Positions 11,494-27,945 of a stretch of 64,000 bases of DNA are shown here, piece by piece. The notes beneath the pieces are model-generated. The model was not told the DNA's origin and did no database searches. It saw nothing but the letters and a program-made list of their open reading frames with translations. How positions within the stretch are numbered: position 1 is the stretch's first letter; every line of letters begins with the position of its first letter. The translations under genes and the position numbers were made by a program. Origin of the DNA: Klebsormidium nitens (Eukaryota; Plantae; Klebsormidiophyceae); NCBI GenBank assembly GCA_000708835.1, contig DF238762.1:117483-181482 (forward strand), in the 5' to 3' direction.

Positions 11494-13740
11494 ATGACAA
11501 TAAGCCCTCCAAAACAAGAAGTAAGAGTTGTAGTTGAACGAGATCCCGTAAAGACATCCTTTGAGCGATGGGCAAAACCAGGCCATTTCTCTCGGACTCT
11601 CTCAAAAGGTCCTGCTACAACGACATGGATCTGGAATCTGCATGCAGATGCTCATGACTTTGACAGCCAGACAAGTGATCTTGAAGACATCTCACGAAAG
11701 GTGTTTAGTGCTCACTTTGGTCAATTATCAGTAATCTTTCTATGGCTTAGTGGGATGTACTTCCATGGCGCTCGTTTTTCGAATTATGAAGCATGGTTAA
11801 GTGATCCGACTCATATTAAGCCGAGTGCTCAAGTTGTATGGCCGATTGTAGGTCAAGAGATCTTAAACGGAGATGTAGGTGGGGGGTTTCAAGGCATTCA
11901 GATCACCTCTGGGTTTTTTCAATTATGGCGTGCAAGTGGGATTACTACTGAGCTTCAGCTCTATGCAACAGCGATTGGCGGGCTCGTAATGGCAGCTTTG
12001 ATGCTCTTTGCAGGCTGGTTCCACTATCATAAGTCAGCACCACGTTTGGAGTGGTTCCAGAATGTTGAGTCAATGCTCAATCACCATTTGGCAGGACTTC
12101 TCGGTCTTGGTTCTTTATCATGGGCCGGTCACCAAGTCCACATCTCATTGCCAGTCAACAAGCTGCTCGATGCTGGTGTAGATCCGAAAGAGATTCCTCT
12201 TCCTCACGAATTCTTGCTGAACAGAAGCTTAATGACATCTTTATTCCCAAGCTTTGAGAAAGGTCTCTCTCCTTTCTTTACCTTAGATTGGGCAAGTTAT
12301 TCTGACTTCTTAACCTTCCGTGGTGGATTGAACCCAGTAACGGGTGGGTTGTGGCTTACAGATACAGCGCACCATCACTTGGCAATTGCCGTGCTCTTTT
12401 TGGTAGCTGGGCATATGTACCGGACAAATTGGGGCATAGGCCATAGCACTCGCCAAATCTTAGAGGCTCATCGAGGGCCTCTTACCGGAGAGGGCCATCG
12501 TGGGTTGTACGAAACGTTAACCACTAGCTGGCACGCACAGTTAGCAATCAACTTAGCATTGTTGGGTTCGCTGAGCATTATTGTGGCTCATCACATGTAC
12601 TCGATGCCCCCTTATCCCTACCTCGCAACCGATTACCCAACTCAACTCTCTTTGTTCACTCATCATACGTGGATTGGTGGATTTTGCATTGTTGGTGCAG
12701 CAGCTCACGCTGCTATCTTTATGGTGCGCGACTATGACCCTGCAACTCATTACAATAACTTGTTAGATCGAGTCATTCGGCATAGAGATGCTATTATTTC
12801 GCATCTAAACTGGGTATGTATCTTTCTTGGTTTCCATAGCTTTGGTCTTTATATCCACAATGATACGATGAGTGCTCTGGGACGTCCTCAAGATATGTTC
12901 TCAGATACAGGCATTCAGTTACAACCTGTGCTGGCTCAATGGGTACAACGTATCCATAGCTTAGCCCCAGGTTTGACTGCTCCAAACGCAGGAGCAAGTA
13001 CGAGCCTAACTTGGGGAGAAGGGTTGGTCGCAGTGGGAGGAAAGGTTGCTATGACCCCAATCCCTCTAGGCACCGCAGACTTCCTTGTGCATCATATTCA
13101 TGCTTTTACTATCCACGTAACTGTGCTTATCTTGCTAAAAGGCGTATTGTTTGCCCGTAGTTCGCGTCTCATCCCAGACAAGGCAAATCTAGGCTTTCGA
13201 TTCCCTTGTGATGGTCCAGGCCGTGGAGGCACTTGTCAAGTCTCTGGCTGGGATCACGTATTTCTTGGTTTGTTCTGGATGTACAATTCAATCTCGGTAG
13301 CAATCTTTCACTTCAGCTGGAAACTTCAATCAGATGTGTGGGGAGCAGTCACCCCTCAGGGTGTCTCCCATATTACGGGCGGGAATTTTGCTCAAAGCGC
13401 AATCACTATCAATGGATGGCTTCGTGACTTCTTATGGGCCCAAGCTTCCCAGGTGATTCAGTCCTATGGGTCTTCTCTCTCAGCGTATGGTCTTCTCTTC
13501 TTGGGGGCTCACTTTGTATGGGCATTTAGCCTGATGTTTCTATTCAGTGGACGTGGTTATTGGCAAGAGCTTATTGAATCCATTCTATGGGCTCATAACA
13601 AGCTGAGAGTGGCCCCATCCATTCAGCCAAGAGCCTTGAGTATTGTGCAAGGCCGAGCCGTTGGGGTTGCTCATTATTTGTTAGGAGGAATTGCTACAAC
13701 GTGGGCCTTCTTCCTTGCACGGATTATTGCAGTTGGATAG
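11494..13740 (+). CDS. psaA: Photosystem I P700 apoprotein A1
   Basis: [36 protein letters not shown]; [14 protein letters not shown] motif; AGAGGAG SD upstream. Confidence 0.99.
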   Translation: MTISPPKQEVRVVVERDPVKTSFERWAKPGHFSRTLSKGPATTTWIWNLHADAHDFDSQTSDLEDISRKVFSAHFGQLSVIFLWLSGMYFHGARFSNYEAWLSDPTHIKPSAQVVWPIVGQEILNGDVGGGFQGIQITSGFFQLWRASGITTELQLYATAIGGLVMAALMLFAGWFHYHKSAPRLEWFQNVESMLNHHLAGLLGLGSLSWAGHQVHISLPVNKLLDAGVDPKEIPLPHEFLLNRSLMTSLFPSFEKGLSPFFTLDWASYSDFLTFRGGLNPVTGGLWLTDTAHHHLAIAVLFLVAGHMYRTNWGIGHSTRQILEAHRGPLTGEGHRGLYETLTTSWHAQLAINLALLGSLSIIVAHHMYSMPPYPYLATDYPTQLSLFTHHTWIGGFCIVGAAAHAAIFMVRDYDPATHYNNLLDRVIRHRDAIISHLNWVCIFLGFHSFGLYIHNDTMSALGRPQDMFSDTGIQLQPVLAQWVQRIHSLAPGLTAPNAGASTSLTWGEGLVAVGGKVAMTPIPLGTADFLVHHIHAFTIHVTVLILLKGVLFARSSRLIPDKANLGFRFPCDGPGRGGTCQVSGWDHVFLGLFWMYNSISVAIFHFSWKLQSDVWGAVTPQGVSHITGGNFAQSAITINGWLRDFLWAQASQVIQSYGSSLSAYGLLFLGAHFVWAFSLMFLFSGRGYWQELIESILWAHNKLRVAPSIQPRALSIVQGRAVGVAHYLLGGIATTWAFFLARIIAVG

Positions 13741-13747
13741 TGGATAG

Positions 13748-15970
<2,223 letters not shown>

Positions 15971-15988
15971 AAGGAAATTTGATCTGTT

Positions 15989-16010
15989 CCGCCTCTTTCT
16001 AAAGAGGCGG
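15989..16010 (+). terminator. Stem-loop between psaB and rps14
   Basis: ccgcctcttt-ct-aaagaggcgg perfect inverted repeat. Confidence 0.65.
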
Positions 16011-16073
16011 CAAAGCGAATTCCCTTTCTTTCAATCACCTCTTCCCATTCACTTTTTTACTTGAATCACTAAC

Positions 16074-16376
16074 ATGGCGAAAAAAAGCCTTGTCCAGAGA
16101 GATAAGAAACGAGAACTTCTTATTGCAAAGCACCGATCACAACGACATCTTCTTTTGCAAAAGGTTCGGCACGAAATAACACTTGAAAAACGTTGGGAGC
16201 TTTACAAGTCTCTGTTAGCACTTCCACGCGATAGCTCCCCGAGTCGCTTACGTCGACGTTGTTTCATAACAGGGCGTGCAAGGGGTTATTATCGGGACTT
16301 TGGAGTTTCTAGGCATGTACTTCGTAAGATGGCACATTTAGGGAATCTTCCTGGTGTGACCAAGTCAAGTTGGTAG
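16074..16376 (+). CDS. rps14: Ribosomal protein S14
   Basis: [13 protein letters not shown]...[43 protein letters not shown]. Confidence 0.99.
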   Translation: MAKKSLVQRDKKRELLIAKHRSQRHLLLQKVRHEITLEKRWELYKSLLALPRDSSPSRLRRRCFITGRARGYYRDFGVSRHVLRKMAHLGNLPGVTKSSW

Positions 16377-17250
16377 TCCATGACAGTCGATTATCCTCTC
16401 CTATCCTAAGTGATAGGATGAGGTTTTTTTACGAGAAAAGTTTTTCACTCTTTGAAAGAATTGGATTGACAATTGCCTATCGATAAAACAATACATCGAG
16501 ATATGGACGACGTAGAATTAGAGTTAGGCGTCAGCTTTCCTCGATTTCAGATTACCCAAGAGCTATGCAGTCGTTACGAAGTTGACTATTTGCGGGCTGC
16601 TTTTTATCAAGGGACTTCTTAACTTCTTCATACGAATCTTTTTACTATTTTGTTTTTACTTCTATGGGATCCAAAGTTCTTGATTTCTTCTGGTTTTCCT
16701 ATCTTTCAGGGTCTTATTTTTTTGCAAGATTTTCGTTTTTCAAACTTATCATACTCAACTGCTGAGCCACTGTTTACAAAGCAGCTGATGTTTGGCTATA
16801 TATTGACTCGGATTCGTAATCAAATAAAACAAATAAAGCTTTTCCGTTGGCTTGGGATGAGTTTTGGAAGCCAAAAACGTATCATTTTTGTTTATATGTT
16901 TAAGTGAATGGCGGAAGTTGCATCAGGATGCAACGGGCTGAACCTTCTATAAGTTTGAAAAGATTTTTTGAAAGAATTCTAAGCTTGATTCAGCCCAATT
17001 CAATGCGTTTTCTTCTTTCGAGCTTTTTCAACTTATAAAAGTACGATAAAGCAAAAGAATAAACTGCTCTTGGTTTGATGATGTTTGATATTTATTAAAG
17101 ATCAGAGACCCTTCCGTAATGCAAATGAGGATTAGGCTTATCAGTTTGCCAAATCGCGAAGAATCCCTGCAATTTGAAATACTTCGTTTGAAAATTGAGT
17201 TTTTAGATTTTTTATATCGAATATATATGTTTTGTGGAAAAAAGCTTAGG

Positions 17251-17279
17251 TTGACACTTTGGGGTAGAGAGGCTATACT
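17251..17279 (+). promoter_or_regulatory. psbA promoter
   Basis: TTGACA (17251) - 17 nt - TATACT (17274), 65 nt upstream of the psbA ATG. Confidence 0.85.
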
Positions 17280-17298
17280 GAACAGTAACAGGTTGTAA

Positions 17299-19780
<2,482 letters not shown>

Positions 19781-19947
19781 CTTCTTTCTTTACTGATATA
19801 TATTTTATTTCATTTGACTGTCAAAATTTTTTATGGGTTTTTCAACCTCTCCATCCGTTTTATCTTGCTTGAAATAGCTCAAGCTGTTTTATTCAGTTAC
19901 AATGGTATTCGAAATCCTGTTACCTTTTTGTTGGTCATTTGTATGCA

Positions 19948-20937
19948 ATGGCTCAGTTATTACTGTTTGAGGCTCTACGAGAAGCTATATTAGAGGAAAT
20001 GGAGAGAGATTGCCGAGTCTTTGTGATGGGAGAAGACGTGGGCCACTACGGGGGTTCGTACAAAGTAACAAAAGGATTAGCAGAGAAGTACGGTGATTGG
20101 CGATTGTTGGATACTCCAATCGCAGAAAATAGTTTTACTGGGTTAGCAATTGGTGCAGCAATGACGGGCCTTCGTCCTATTGTTGAGGGGATGAATATGG
20201 GCTTTTTACTACTTGCTTTCAACCAAATTGCAAACAATGCAGGTATGTTGCACTACACTTCAGGTGGGAACTTTACCACACCTTTAGTCATTCGAGGCCC
20301 GGGCGGAGTAGGAAGGCAACTCGGTGCAGAGCATTCTCAGCGGTTAGAATCTTACTTTCAATCCGTGCCTGGCTTACAAATGGTTGCTTGCTCTACTCCT
20401 GTGAACGGTAAAGGGTTATTAAAGTCTGCAATCCGAAGTCAAAACCCCGTTCTTTTTTTCGAACATGTGCTCTTGTATAACATTAAACAGCCTATCCCAA
20501 CTGGAGAGAATTTGTCGAGTTTAGAAAGAGCGGAAGTAGTCCGTGAAGGGAAGGACGTGACTCTCTTGACTTACTCTCGTATGAGACACTATGTGATCCA
20601 AGCAGCACGAATACTAGTAAGTCAGGGATACGATCCCGAAGTCATTGATCTAGTATCGTTAAAGCCATTAGATATGGGGACCATCGCGCGATCAATTCAA
20701 AAAACTCATCGTGCTATCATTGTAGAAGAGTGTATGCGTACGGGAGGAATTGGTGCAACCCTACGTGCTAGCATTATGGAATATTTATTTGATGAGTTAG
20801 ACGGACCAGTTGTTTGTTTGTCATCTCAAGATGTCCCGACTCCTTACAGTGGTCTGCTTGAAGACATGACTGTTGTTCAGCCAGGACAAATCGTTCAAGC
20901 AGTAAAGTCAATGTGCACAAAAGAATCGGTTCAATAA
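19948..20937 (+). CDS. odpB: Pyruvate dehydrogenase E1 beta subunit
   Basis: [18 protein letters not shown]...[17 protein letters not shown]...[11 protein letters not shown]...[18 protein letters not shown]. Confidence 0.97.
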   Translation: MAQLLLFEALREAILEEMERDCRVFVMGEDVGHYGGSYKVTKGLAEKYGDWRLLDTPIAENSFTGLAIGAAMTGLRPIVEGMNMGFLLLAFNQIANNAGMLHYTSGGNFTTPLVIRGPGGVGRQLGAEHSQRLESYFQSVPGLQMVACSTPVNGKGLLKSAIRSQNPVLFFEHVLLYNIKQPIPTGENLSSLERAEVVREGKDVTLLTYSRMRHYVIQAARILVSQGYDPEVIDLVSLKPLDMGTIARSIQKTHRAIIVEECMRTGGIGATLRASIMEYLFDELDGPVVCLSSQDVPTPYSGLLEDMTVVQPGQIVQAVKSMCTKESVQ

Positions 20938-21550
20938 TTCTTGTTTTTTATTCTTTAGTCCATAAATACAACAAAAAGTCGTTTATCAATAGATAGGTAG
21001 GAAGAACTGCCAATATAACAAAAAAGTGCATATCAATATGTTTTATAGACTTGTTTGAAAAAAAAAAAGAATAAAAAACCTCTCTGTTTTTAGCTCTTTT
21101 CAAATGAAATTATAAACGTTCTTTTATTGTATCATGGCTTATTATCAGAAGCAACAGCTATAAAGAAAAACAAATAGATGATGAAAAATTTGTTTCAAAA
21201 AACAAGAAAAAGTAGAATTCAATATTCTCTTTCCAACTCAATCAAAGCTTGGTAGTTTTGAGCTGATCAGTTCCGTAAGTTGTCTTTTTTGCGATAGTAT
21301 TCTTTTTTATACAGTTATAAAGAGCAATAGACTGCATCATTTGTTTTTCAAAACAATCAAACGGATTCAAATTGACATGATCTTGTAAATGGAATCATAA
21401 AAAGCTTTCTCCTTTCTCATGGTACACTTATTACCTGATGGGGTGACACAAAGGTCAACCGTGGCCTTGCCCTGAATTATGCTCTACACCAAGACCCTAT
21501 TTATCGCAAGGGCCTACAGCGGGTATCTTGCGCGAAAAAAAAAGAGGCTT

Positions 21551-21661
21551 ATGACTGCATCCTATCTCTTTCCTGTGCTTGTGCCTCTTGTGGGGCTTGT
21601 TTTTCCTGCTCTTGCTATGGCAACTCTTTTTCTTTTCATTGAAGGGGATGAGGTAGTATAA
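21551..21661 (+). CDS. psaI: Photosystem I subunit VIII
   Basis: [36 protein letters not shown], directly upstream of ycf4. Confidence 0.93.
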   Translation: MTASYLFPVLVPLVGLVFPALAMATLFLFIEGDEVV

Positions 21662-21714
21662 GCAGTACAAGGCCGCATCCTTTTTTTTGGGGTGCGGCTT
21701 TGTAAATATCAAAA

Positions 21715-22293
21715 ATGAAGGTTCATATGGAACAACAGCTTGTTCAAGGGGTACGACGGGATGTTATTTTCGGGTCAAGGGCGAAAGAGAATTTCGTTTT
21801 AGCTTGGTTGATGTGCTTAGGAGGAGGATGTTTTTTGACCATTGGCATAGCAACCTATCTAGGTCAACCCGTTTTGTTTATGCTTTCAAAAGCTCCTTTG
21901 ACCTTTTTACCTCAGGGATTGGTTATGGGATTTTATGGGATTTTTGCTTTGTTTTTAGGACTTTATTTATGGGTTGTTGTATGGTGGAATATAGGGGGAG
22001 GCATGAACGAATTTGACTGCCAAAGAGGCCGCATCTCAATATTCCGATGGGGCTTTCCAGGCATCAATAGACGGATCCATTTCGCCTGTCAGTTGCAAGA
22101 AATAGAAGCTGTGCAGATAGAGAGTCGAGGAGGCTTGTGGCCCTTTTCTTTGGCTTATCTTAAGCGTAGGGGTAGGGTATCTGTTCCTCTTGGAGAGCTT
22201 GCTCGGGGTGGTAGTTCTCAAGAAGCAGAGGACGAGGCTGCAGAGCTTGCGCAATTCTTAGGAGTGCCTGTGGAAACGGGTTTCAAGCGCTAG
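21715..22293 (+). CDS. ycf4: Photosystem I assembly protein Ycf4
   Basis: FLPQGLVMGFYGI, WNIGGGMNEFD and IFRWGFPGINRRI motifs; start could be M at 21727. Confidence 0.96.
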   Translation: MKVHMEQQLVQGVRRDVIFGSRAKENFVLAWLMCLGGGCFLTIGIATYLGQPVLFMLSKAPLTFLPQGLVMGFYGIFALFLGLYLWVVVWWNIGGGMNEFDCQRGRISIFRWGFPGINRRIHFACQLQEIEAVQIESRGGLWPFSLAYLKRRGRVSVPLGELARGGSSQEAEDEAAELAQFLGVPVETGFKR

Positions 22294-22456
22294 CTTTGCA
22301 GGCTTTGAAAAATAAGAAGTTGGCGTCTGTATTTTCAATGAAACCTTTATTTTTTTTTAAGAAACTTGCATGACATAAAATCAACAATTCTTTTGATTAT
22401 TAAGATGCAAAATAAAAAAACATATAGTTTCTAGAATTTCTAAAACCTTGTTTGTA

Positions 22457-22529
22457 TGCCGAGAACCAGGATTGAACTGGTGACACGGGGATTTTCAGTC
22501 CCATGCTCTACCATCTGAGCTATCTCGGC
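22457..22529 (-). tRNA. trnF: tRNA-Phe(GAA)
   Basis: Reverse complement folds as a cloverleaf GCCGAGA...CT-GAA-AA...TTCAATC...TCTCGGC-A. Confidence 0.96.
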
Positions 22530-23258
22530 TTTTGATCCTATTATACTATTATACAACGTAAATCAATAAATGAGTCCCATTGCTATCAAACTCATTGATT
22601 TGATGTTATTCTTTTATTACCTTGCTTGTATAATCAAAAGCTAAAGAAAGGAGGATTGAATGACTTGGGCTTTTCCTCATATGAAGCCGCCTGTTTCGTA
22701 TGTACGTTCTATTCAAGAGCAGAAATGAAGGCCTATTCACGATCCATTTCTTCAACAACAAAACTTTCAATACACTCAATCTCTATCCTCGGATTATAAA
22801 ACTACTGTAAAATGTAAAAAATTCTCTTTTTTTTGAACCCCCGAATAAAAACAAAGAATCTCGTTTCAATTTTGACCACTGGAAACCACCGGAAAACAAT
22901 GTTCAAGCACGCGAATAAGAGGAGCAAGGAAAAGAAACTATCCGCGCTGTTGTAGCTGGGGTAGTAAACAAGTATTTTCAAATCCAAATCCCAGGCAAAA
23001 AACAAATGAATAATCTTGAATTACAATCTTTAGAAATATTAGCAAATAGGCAAAAAATTTTTAACTTAGATTTTTTACGTTGTGAAAAAAGAACAAAAAT
23101 GCGATTGATAAAATAAATACACAATCGTTAAAAAACATTAAGAAATTGAGGTGAATGTTTGGGGAACTGTTTGACTTTTCTTACTTGTGTACAGCATTCT
23201 TCTCTTATTTTCTCTTAATACACCTAAAAAAATGGCTCCATATGAAGAGGGAAGCAAC

Positions 23259-23287
23259 TTGACTTAGCGCCTTTTATGCGGTATGAT
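23259..23287 (+). promoter_or_regulatory. Putative rRNA operon promoter
   Basis: TTGACT (23259) - 17 nt - TATGAT (23282), about 55 nt upstream of 16S. Confidence 0.7.
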
Positions 23288-23340
23288 ATGGAACTAGTCA
23301 TGAGGAACGAGAGATTGGAAGGGAGCCCAATGGCTGTGGC

Positions 23341-23347
23341 TCTCTAT

Positions 23348-23378
<31 letters not shown>

Positions 23379-23610
23379 AGCGGTTTGCCTAACACATGCA
23401 AGTTGCACGGCGCCATGCCTCTCGAGGAATGGCGGAGTGGCGGACGGGTGAGGAACGCGTAAGGACCTGCCCCTGGGAGGGGGATAACAGCTGGAAACGG
23501 CTGCTAATACCCCATATCCTGAGGAGGGAAAGGAGAGATCCGCCCAGGGAGGGGCTTGCGTCTGATTAGCTAGTTGGGGGGGTAATGGCCTCCCAAGGCA
23601 ACGATCAGTT

Positions 23611-23681
<71 letters not shown>

Positions 23682-24204
23682 AGGAATCTTCCGCAATGGG
23701 CGAAAGCCTGACGGGGCAATGCCGCGTGGAGGATGAAGGCCCAATGGGTCGTAAACTTCTTTAGATCAGAGACGAAGAGATGACGGTACCTGAAGAACTA
23801 AGCATCGGCTAAACCCCGTGCCAGCAGCCGCGGTAAGACGGGGGATGCGAGCGTTATCCGGAATGATTGGGCGTAAAGGGTCCGCAGGTGGCCCGGTCAG
23901 TCCGCTGTCAAAACCTGGGGCTCAACCCTGGAGAGGCGGCGGAGACCACCGGGCTTGAGTCCGGTAGGGGCAGAGGGAATTCCCGGTGGAGCGGTGAAAT
24001 GCGTAGAGATCGGGAAGAACGCCAAGGGCGAAGGCACTCTGCTAGGCCTGATTTCGCGACTGACACTCAGGGACGAGAGCCAGGGGAGCGAATGGGATTA
24101 GATACCCCAGTAGTCCTGGCCGTAAACGATGGATACCAAGCCCTGCGCGTATCGACCCGGGCAGGGCTGTAGCTAACGCATGAAGTATCCCGCCTGGGGA
24201 GTAC

Positions 24205-24238
<34 letters not shown>

Positions 24239-24239
24239 A

Positions 24240-24277
<38 letters not shown>

Positions 24278-24851
24278 CAACGCGAAGAACCTTACCAGGG
24301 CTTGACATGCCGCGAACCCCCCTGAGAGGGGGGGGTGCCTTCGGGAGCGCGGACACAGGTGGTGCATGGCTGTCGTCAGCTCGTGTCGTAAGATGTTGGG
24401 TTCAGTCCCGCAACGAGCGCAACCCCCGTCTCTAGTTGCCCACAATTCGGCACCCTAGAGAGACCGCCGGTGTTAAGCCGGAGGAAGGTGGGGATGAGGT
24501 CAAGTCAACATGCCCCTTTTGCCCTGGGCGACACACGTGCTACAATGGCCGGGACAAAGAGATGCGACCCCGCAAGGGCCAGCCTGACCTCGTAAACCCG
24601 GCCTCAGTTCGGATTGTAGGCTGCAACCCGCCTACATGAAGGAGGAATCGCTAGTAATCACCGGTCAGCCATACGGTGGTGAATCCGTTCCCGGGCTTTG
24701 CACACACCGCCCGTCACACTATGGGAATCGGCCATGCCCCAAGTCGTTACCCCAACCCGTAGGGAGGGGGATGCCAAAGGCAGGGCTGGTGACTAAAGTG
24801 AAGTCGTAACAAGGTAGCCGTACTGGAAGGTGTGGCTGGATCACCTCCTTC
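23341..24851 (+). rRNA. rrs: 16S ribosomal RNA (ends approximate)
   Basis: AGAGTTTGATCCTGGCTCAG, GTGCCAGCAGCCGCGGTAA, AAGTCGTAACAAGG, GGATCACCTCCTT. Confidence 0.99.
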
Positions 24852-24987
24852 TTAGGGAGACATTGGGGTTCAAAACCCTCATCCTAGGCCGATCAGAACC
24901 CTCCCACGGGTAGCACGCCCTTCTCTCACACATACTATCAATCACAATATTGATTGAAGCCAATCCCCGTGGTTGGTTAGAATACTT

Positions 24988-25619
24988 GGGCTATTAGCTC
25001 AGTGGTTAGAGCGCGCCCCTGATAAGTGCGCCGCAAGAGGTGAGCCCAGGGTGGATCTCAGTTTCCTTTGAGAAAAGGTTTGAGGCCTTGCCAGCGCCTG
25101 ACCGGGCCAAGGATCCTAGGGACCCTAGCATGGCGCAAGAGCAGAGCAGTCGGGGCATGGAAAACATTGAATAGCAAACTGAAAAATAAGATGAGAAAAA
25201 GAATAGAGTAATATCTTTTCTTTCCTTCTTCCCCCTATGGCGGGATATCGGTGCTGAGAATCCAGGGCTTACTTATCCGTCCCAGGATCTATGGTCATCT
25301 CTTGGCTCACTCCACTCTTTTTTTATTTTTTTACAGGCAGGCTATACCCTCGACTGCATTCCCATGGGCTTTTCACTGCGGGATCCCTTTCTGAATAAGG
25401 GACGGCGACATCACACTTTGGAGGTTTTCTTTTTCCTTAAAACATTGAGAATGAATGGAAATGGATCTTTTCAAAAAAGATGTCAGGGTAGTCTATTTCG
25501 AATCAAATAGATACCTAGAGAGCGCAGTACGGCGAAAAGCTGTATGTTGTGCTTGAGGAACTTTCTTAGAATGAGAAGTTCCACGGGCGAGGCCTCTGGT
25601 TCAAATCCAGAATGGCCCA
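24988..25619 (+). tRNA. trnI: tRNA-Ile(GAU), exons 24988-25025 and 25585-25619, group II intron 25026-25584
   Basis: GGGCTATTAGCTCAG...CCCCTGATAA|GTGCG...; exon 2 GGGCGAGGCCTCTGGTTCAAATCCAGAATGGCCCA; domain V-like GAGAGCGCAGTACGG near 25520. Confidence 0.96.
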
Positions 25620-25728
25620 TCCGCGATTTGTGTGGTTAGTAGGCCTTCCTTCCAACTTTCAGTTGGAAAAACTGTTTGGCCGGAGGAAAAAAAGAGAAAT
25701 TCTTTTGTCTATTTTTTCCTATTGACTG

Positions 25729-26446
25729 GGGGGTATAGCTCAGTTGGTAGAGCGCTGCCCTTGCAATGGTGCCGTACGAATGACTCCTTTATAGGAGTCT
25801 TAGCTTTTCTACGCGGATTCAGCCAAATGAAAAAGTGAGCTTCATACCCAACGCCTTACCTCCCTTCCAAGTAGACGGGATGGGGACTATCACATGGCGT
25901 GTATCTGTTTCCAGCAAAGCCCCTTGTTAAAAAGAATTTGATGAAGCAGGTGGAAGAATGATGGGAGGTCAAGAATATTCTGTGTGAGTCGCAGGTTCAA
26001 AGGTGTTAGTAAGGCCAGGCAGGCCTTTCCAGAATGGAAATTATGGATGGGGGGTGGGCGGCCCCACACCTGTGCAAGCGGGGCGGTATACCCATTCCCT
26101 GAGTAAGCATCTAGGCTCGTCACGGAGGCTTGTTCCCCCACCTTGCTCCGCGTAGCAAAGGACAACGGGATTGCCTAAAGGGGCTATTTTTGCCCTACGG
26201 TTTCAGAGGGGCCACCTCAAAGAGAACGCGTGCGGCACCAAGCTGTGCGTATCCTTGGGAGAAGGCCTTGAGGTTGGTATAGGGTAGACTGTCGTTTGCT
26301 CAATGCTTTCCAAAGAGCTCACCATGGCACGAGCTGTCCGGTGTGTTCGGGGGGGAACGTATGTATTATTCTGGCTGTTAAGGCAGATAAACTATGCACA
26401 CGTTTCCTCATGGCAGATGTCAGCGGTTCGAGCCCGCTTACCTCCA
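25729..26446 (+). tRNA. trnA: tRNA-Ala(UGC), exons 25729-25766 and 26412-26446, group II intron 25767-26411
   Basis: GGGGGTATAGCTCAG...CCCTTGCAA|intron|GGCAGATGTCAGCGGTTCGAGCCCGCTTACCTCCA; G3:U70 Ala identity pair present. Confidence 0.96.
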
Positions 26447-26532
26447 TACCTTTTGTGTTTTTTTCTTCTCTCTCCCTCTCTTTTGGGAGGGAGGGGTTTC
26501 TTTTTTGCTTTTTTGTATGAGAAGTATATTTT

Positions 26533-27880
26533 ATGAAAGGTGAAAATAAAAACTGTCTTGATCTAAAAACAAATCAATCTAAGAGATTAGAATCAGGAAA
26601 AAGCTTTGTAAGACTCGATCCGTCTATTCAAGACAGCCCAAATGTCTCTTCTTTTCAAGAGGAGACAAAGAATTCTTTTTCTTCATTTTTGTTGATTTCG
26701 TTGGAGATAGGCCTGAGAGGTTTCGTAGTCTCGGTACTTTCTATTTTGTTGTTTAAGCTACAGCAGGTGTGTGCAACACCTTTGCCACTTGTAGCTGGGA
26801 CGACTGCTCAATTGAATCTTACACAAACCCCCGAGACCTCGATTGTTCCACTAACAGTAGATGCTTCCATTCCACTATCGCACTCTATTTTTCTAAATAG
26901 AATATGTTTGGCAACATTGGCTCGGCCCACCATGTTTTGAAGTCTGTTTGTTGATGATCGTCGACGTTCATGGTTCGATTGGTCTATCCATAGAAACCTA
27001 CCATCCAATAGCAAAAACACTCGTAATAAAATAATAAAAGAGGGGTTATAGCATCTTTGGGAGACGACAATGCGGCGAATAGCTTGTTTGATATGAATGA
27101 GCAATTGAATGTGATAACTTGGTCTGAGAATAGACAAAAATGAGTCATTATTACCACTTTGTTGGTAATTATTAGTTATTAATCGCAATTTCCCGTCCGG
27201 TATAGAATATGTTGCCACGCCTATTCAAAATTTTTAGTAAGAATTTACCGGCTTTAAAAGAACCCGCATTCACTATAGAAAGTGGAGTGAATATTTTGAA
27301 AGTAGCAGTAGAGGCGATAGAAAAACGCTCTAATATACAAACAAAAGGAAAAATGATAATTCCTTTCGATGTGCAAAAACAAGCAGACTAAGTGCTCCCA
27401 GATATAAAAAGAATGAGAGTTTGCGATCAACTGTTCAAAAGGGAAAATTTCGAAACATAGTCAACGGAGAATTCAATTTTGACGGCAGCTCGCATCGGTT
27501 TATGGCGCTTCAAGGTCTATGGACTCTAGATCTTTTTGAAGACTTCCAAATGATTTTCGGTACGTATATTTCTCAACCTTTCATTGATTACGAAGAGTTC
27601 CTTTCTTTATGGTCTACAGACATCGCAATCGCTCTTGGTAAAAAACTAGACGAAACGATCCAGAAGCAGACTTAGAGGGAATAATTGAAGAGTTGATCGA
27701 TGAGGGGTGAGTATGCAAATTGTGGGGTTTTCCTTGATAACACTTGACTTTGCTTCAAAATCAATTGTGCGAGCTGTGCGTTGCGCTGGTGGTGGAACGT
27801 CCCTTTGCTTGACAACTTGAGAAGGGGCCTTTATATTATGCAAGTAGAAAGAACACGCTCTTTCGACTCGCATATGCAAG
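26533..27880 (+). pseudogene. Fragmented paralog of ORF180/ORF405 in the trnA-23S spacer (3' limit approximate)
   Basis: Pieces TPIQNF / IESGVNI..EAIEKRSNI / DGSSHRFMALQGLWTLDLFEDFQMIF match ORF405 in collinear order, interrupted by stops and frameshifts. Confidence 0.82.
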
Positions 27881-27945
27881 TTTTTTGAGCGATTCTTTCT
27901 CTATGGCATACGATTTGTTTTAGCGTGGCCTTCGGGCGATGAAGG

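Noticed and set aside
11381-11605. Upstream-extended starts given by the ORF track for psaA (11464), and likewise psbE, chlL, tufA, rpl32 and rpl21
   Set aside because: Conserved N-termini and SD positions show the true starts are internal ATGs.
16503-16907. Small ORFs after rps14 (39 aa MDDVELELG...; 85 aa at 16650); YEVD resembles ORF274
   Set aside because: Similarity is limited to 4 residues with no extendable alignment; no tRNA-fMet found here either.
21420-21540. GC-richer patch upstream of psaI that might be a tRNA or ncRNA
   Set aside because: No cloverleaf, T-loop or recognisable RNA motif.
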